DNA of 64,000 nucleotides from the human T2T-CHM13v2.0 reference genome, Homo sapiens, in NCBI RefSeq assembly GCF_009914755.1, contig NC_060933.1. One strand, given 5' to 3'. Within the stretch, counting starts at the first letter, position 1. The number at the start of each line of letters is the position of its first letter. The translations under genes and the position numbers were made by a program. Below the pieces are notes generated by a model. The model saw only the letters and a list, made by a program, of their open reading frames with translations. It was not told the DNA's origin and did not search any database. Below, piece by piece: positions 59,873 to 64,000 of the stretch.

Positions 59873-61447
59873 AGAGTTCCCTGCATCACGGGTTTTAACC
59901 CACACCTTTGATGTACTTGGCTCTAGTAAGTACAAGCGTGGGGAAAATGTAAAACTCTTTTGGTGCAAGCATTCTGCATCATGTTTCAGACTTTCAAAGA
60001 AAATTTTAAGTCATCCTCAACAACATCACATTAATTTGAGGCTAGAGAAGATACTGACTATAACCCTGACAAAAGCCACTTGAGCAAATCCGTCAGAATC
60101 ATTCTGCAGGTATAAATTTTTAAATCACAAACTCATGAGGGAAAATGTAACTTCATTTCTCCATAACCCAGAAAGCTTTCTAGTAGGAGCTGGAATTCTG
60201 GCTGATACAGAGACTGGAAGTAGTCACAACAGGTGTCTCCGTCCAGTTAAGGGATAAGCCTGTCAGTTCGTGTCTGTATTGGTCGCAGACCCTTGAAAAT
60301 TCCTTCAGGGGTTCTTTTACTTCCCCTTCATCCCCAGAGTTAACTCTGGTCTCTTCTGGCTTTGCTAATTGCCTTGGTAAAGCGGGGAGGGGAGTGTGTT
60401 CAAGCCCCAAGTAGAGGTCAGCACTGCACTGTCCTCAGGGATGGCGACCTGCTGCCGACGGAGCCAAGTCCTCCCATCCCAGGCTGGGACAGTGCTCTCC
60501 ACAACGTTTTGGTGACCCTTTCTCCTCCCTCTGCCAGACCTCAGGCAGGAACATGGTCTTGCTCACCTGCCTTTGGTACCTCAGGGTGTCCTTGGATAAC
60601 TGGGGCTGTCCTCACCGGCCACCAGAGCTGCCGCAGGGCGTCCAGTCCTGTCACTGAATGTGCCGCAGCACAATGAGGATGCTGTGCAGGCTGCTCTTGG
60701 AGACTGGCGTTCTCCTTTCCACTACACACTTGAGAGTGCCCACTCAGATCCCTGAGCTTCAGTGAAGACTTCCATTAAGCCACCACCAGCAAGGCTCTGC
60801 TTGAGAGCAGAGCTTCAGGGCAGTCCCCACCTCTCTATGCATACTATCGTGCAGTCCTGCTGAGGGTTCCTAGTCTGCGAGATAGCAGAAAAATTAAAAC
60901 ACCTTTAGCCTGCTCAATTCCCTTTCAAACTTTTTCTACCTCAGACCAAAAGATGCTTTTGGACTTCAGAAGTGAAGATTAATGTCTTGGTTCACAGTCT
61001 CTGCAATGATCCCCTTTTCTCTACACAGAGGACTCAAGACAATCTGAGTTAGGAGCAAAGACGGAGGTCTGAGGGCACTGGCGAAAAATTTCAGTGAGCT
61101 TGGAAGCAGGGTCATTTATGTTAATTGTACATGTCATCCCACACAGAAATGGCCTTTATAGGAATTATCAGTGTCGTGAAGAAAGTTTTTATTTCCATTT
61201 TTAAACCTCATATCCCCCCATCAAAAGCTCCCATTATGAGTTTCTGGCTGACTTACGCCAGGACTCACAGAATGATTCATCCCTACATGAAAAAGTATTT
61301 TCACCAGCCTCAAAGGTTTTCAGGAATTACTAGATCAAAGAATTGTTAAAGAAACTTTCCAAAAGCTCATTCTACTTGCCCCTCCAAGCAAAATACTAAC
61401 TTTGTGATGGATTTTAGACATTCCTAGTCCGTAACAGTGGCATGAAA

Positions 61448-61581
61448 CTTTTTTTTTTTTTAATAGAGACAGGGTTTTGATGTTGCCCAGGCTGGTCTCC
61501 AACTCCTGGGCTCAAGGTGATCCAACCGCCTCAGCCTCCCAAAGTGCTGGGATTACAGGCGTGAACCACTGTGCCCGGTCC
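61448..61581 (-). mobile_element. FLAM / Alu left monomer
   Basis: Poly-T plus a single antisense monomer. Confidence 0.85.
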
Positions 61582-62820
61582 CGCACAGAAGTTTTTGATG
61601 TTAGGTGTGCCACCTTCAATGATGGCTGTGTGGATCCAATATCTGCTTCTCTTTCACTCATAAAATTCACCAAGTTCACATTGGAAAACATTATTCTATG
61701 GTTATTCCAGAAAATATTAGATTATCCCCGTTTTGTTTGAAAACTGACGGAAAATATGACATCATGTTCCCATCTGGCAGGAGTGCACAGCAGGCATGGA
61801 AAATGGGGATGAGTGCGTCCAAGTTAGTTCCAATTTTCAAACATTCCTCCCGCACCGCCTGTTCAGTTGCCTGGGTAAAACTGCCCCACGCAGAGAAGCT
61901 TTTACCCCAGGTTAATAAAGATGCTTTTTATATTTGTATTTGAGTTGTGGTCACTAGTAATGTTTTCTAGTCCAGATTGTGAAATTTGTATTTGTTACTA
62001 TCTTTGTTTTTATACCTCAAAGAACCATTTAGAGTCACTGATTCATTTCCATAAAGCAGGAACTTTCCAAAATTTAGTAAGAATAGCTAAGTACAAATCT
62101 AAAAAAATAATTACGTACTTCAAAAACTAAAAATGCATTCACTGAGATGCCTTATATCCTAATTAAATATTAGCTGAATTGTAATTGATCTTACATTTTG
62201 ATTTTGTGAAATATATATTGCCTTTACTCCAAAATTTACTAGACCACCTTCTTACGTATGGCAGTGGGCATTAGGTGGCTTGTGAATTTGAGAACTGCTC
62301 TATGGGGTTAGTGTCTGAGATTCATCAACTGAGCATGGAATAAGAAGAGAATAGCACTTTAAAGAACATTAACTGAGGACTTTGCTAAGCATTTATTTAA
62401 TTAGGGAAAGCTTCAAAAGTTGAAGTCCAATCATGGGACTTTCAAAATAATCCAAGTGAGACATGAAGAGACTAAGCTGAGGGGGAGATCCATGGAAATG
62501 ATGTATTAGAATCATAAGCATGAACTATTTCAACAGACAATACACAGAATTTGGAAAAACGAGGGAGTGATATCTCTAAGATTTTTTTCCACAAATAAAC
62601 ATTCATACATATTATTTTGTATTCATATACTGTGATCTTCATGGAGTAAGGTGCTAATGTAAAAAAGTTGATTATTGGAGTTTATAAAAGCAACTTTTGA
62701 CCATTTTCTCTGTGTGTGTGTCTACATAGCAAACTTACTTCCTCAGAGAAGCAGAAACTCTTTGTCTTACTGACACTGGAATGTATCCTCTGTAGTTTTA
62801 TTCCATGAAAAAGATAACTA

Positions 62821-63218
<398 letters not shown>

Positions 63219-63299
63219 TTACTGAAAAACCACCAACTATGGTTTCATATTCACTGAATACAAGTAAATTAATGAAACATTTTCAGGACAATCAGGCAC

Positions 63300-64000
63300 A
63301 GATGGCTATTTTTTCTATTGAGTTGAGATAATTATTTGTGCTAATAATAGAAAGAAAGTGTGTATCCACTCCTGGAAGGCTGTGTGCTGTGCTATAAGAG
63401 AAGCTGATGCCTCTGCTTCCCCATCTTTGTTCTGTGGAGCCACACAGGCAGCCTGATACCTGGGCAAATGCTTACCTGCCCACATCCGAAGGGCTGGTGC
63501 ACCCAGAGTCGTGGCTAGGTTGTGTGCAGCACAAATTCCCACCTCTAGTTTCCCTGCTTTACTCTTTTCCTAAGAAATCAGTACCTGAGCTTTTTCAAAA
63601 TAACTGGAGAAGAAATGAGGCAGAAAGTATCTTTTTAAACACAATGCTCATTCACTCAGAAAATTGAGAAAAAAGTTCTAAGTGATAATTGATGTCAACC
63701 TGTAAAATTTTTCAACAGCTTGAGTGTTTATTTTCTTTACAATATTGTCATCAACTCATAACCAAATATCACAAATAGGCAGCATAATGGCCTCATTAGG
63801 GCAGTTTCCACAGTGACCCACATCATCAACAATGGCATGCATCTGTCATGCATCTTCCCAGAAAGTCCTAAAATTCTACAGGAAAAACCTCTTGGAAAGA
63901 AAGTTTCGAATGTTGATGAGGTCCACCCATATAGTTAATCTCTTCAGGTGAGAAGCTATAAACATAAGACACTTCTTCGGTTTCATCCATTTTGTAAACT
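63300..64000 (-). pseudogene. Decayed processed pseudogene of USP12 (USP12/USP46 deubiquitinase family): C-terminal CDS (~63652-64000) plus 3'UTR remnant; continues beyond the window
   Basis: Frameshift-corrected minus strand reads MKPKKCLMFIASHLKR/NYMGGPHQHSKLSFQEVFPVEF*...HCGNCPN/GHYAA...DIWL*VDDNIVKKINTQAVEKFYRLTSIIT*N, collinear with recalled USP12 [40 protein letters not shown]...HCGSGPNRGHYIA...[32 protein letters not shown]. No introns; several stops and frameshifts. Left boundary uncertain. Confidence 0.88.

Noticed and set aside
60180-60900. GC-richer stretch with several short ORFs
   Set aside because: No recognisable protein similarity, CpG island or convincing exon; may be retrocopy UTR or unique intron.

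Overview
Human/primate genomic DNA, almost all intronic and repeat-rich; no prokaryotic features (CRISPR, operons) and no rRNA or tRNA genes were seen. The only host coding sequence is one 194-bp internal exon on the minus strand (41397-41590) encoding part of the discoidin (F5/8 type C) domain of a CNTNAP3-family gene, so the window is that exon plus its two flanking introns. Repeats include a near-full-length L1PA (989-6766), several older L1M elements, about 17 Alu copies or fragments, MER41/THE1/MLT1 LTRs, DNA-transposon fossils and MIR/L2. Nearly all ORF-track entries are repeat-derived or spurious. The ORF track misses a decayed USP12-like processed pseudogene running off the right edge. 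I found no convincing new biological system. The most unusual signals are mechanistic: (1) a ~240-bp locally templated insertion flanked by a 17-bp duplication next to competing hairpins (33411-33741); (2) a 70-bp inverted duplication around a quasi-palindromic microsatellite (55007-55469); (3) a 34-bp micro-L1 nested in L1 ORF1; (4) an Alu truncated where its target site is complementary to its own RNA; (5) a MER41 LTR keeping two GAS sites and an IRF motif. Repeat family names come from recalled consensus sequences, and repeat boundaries are approximate unless a TSD is given.
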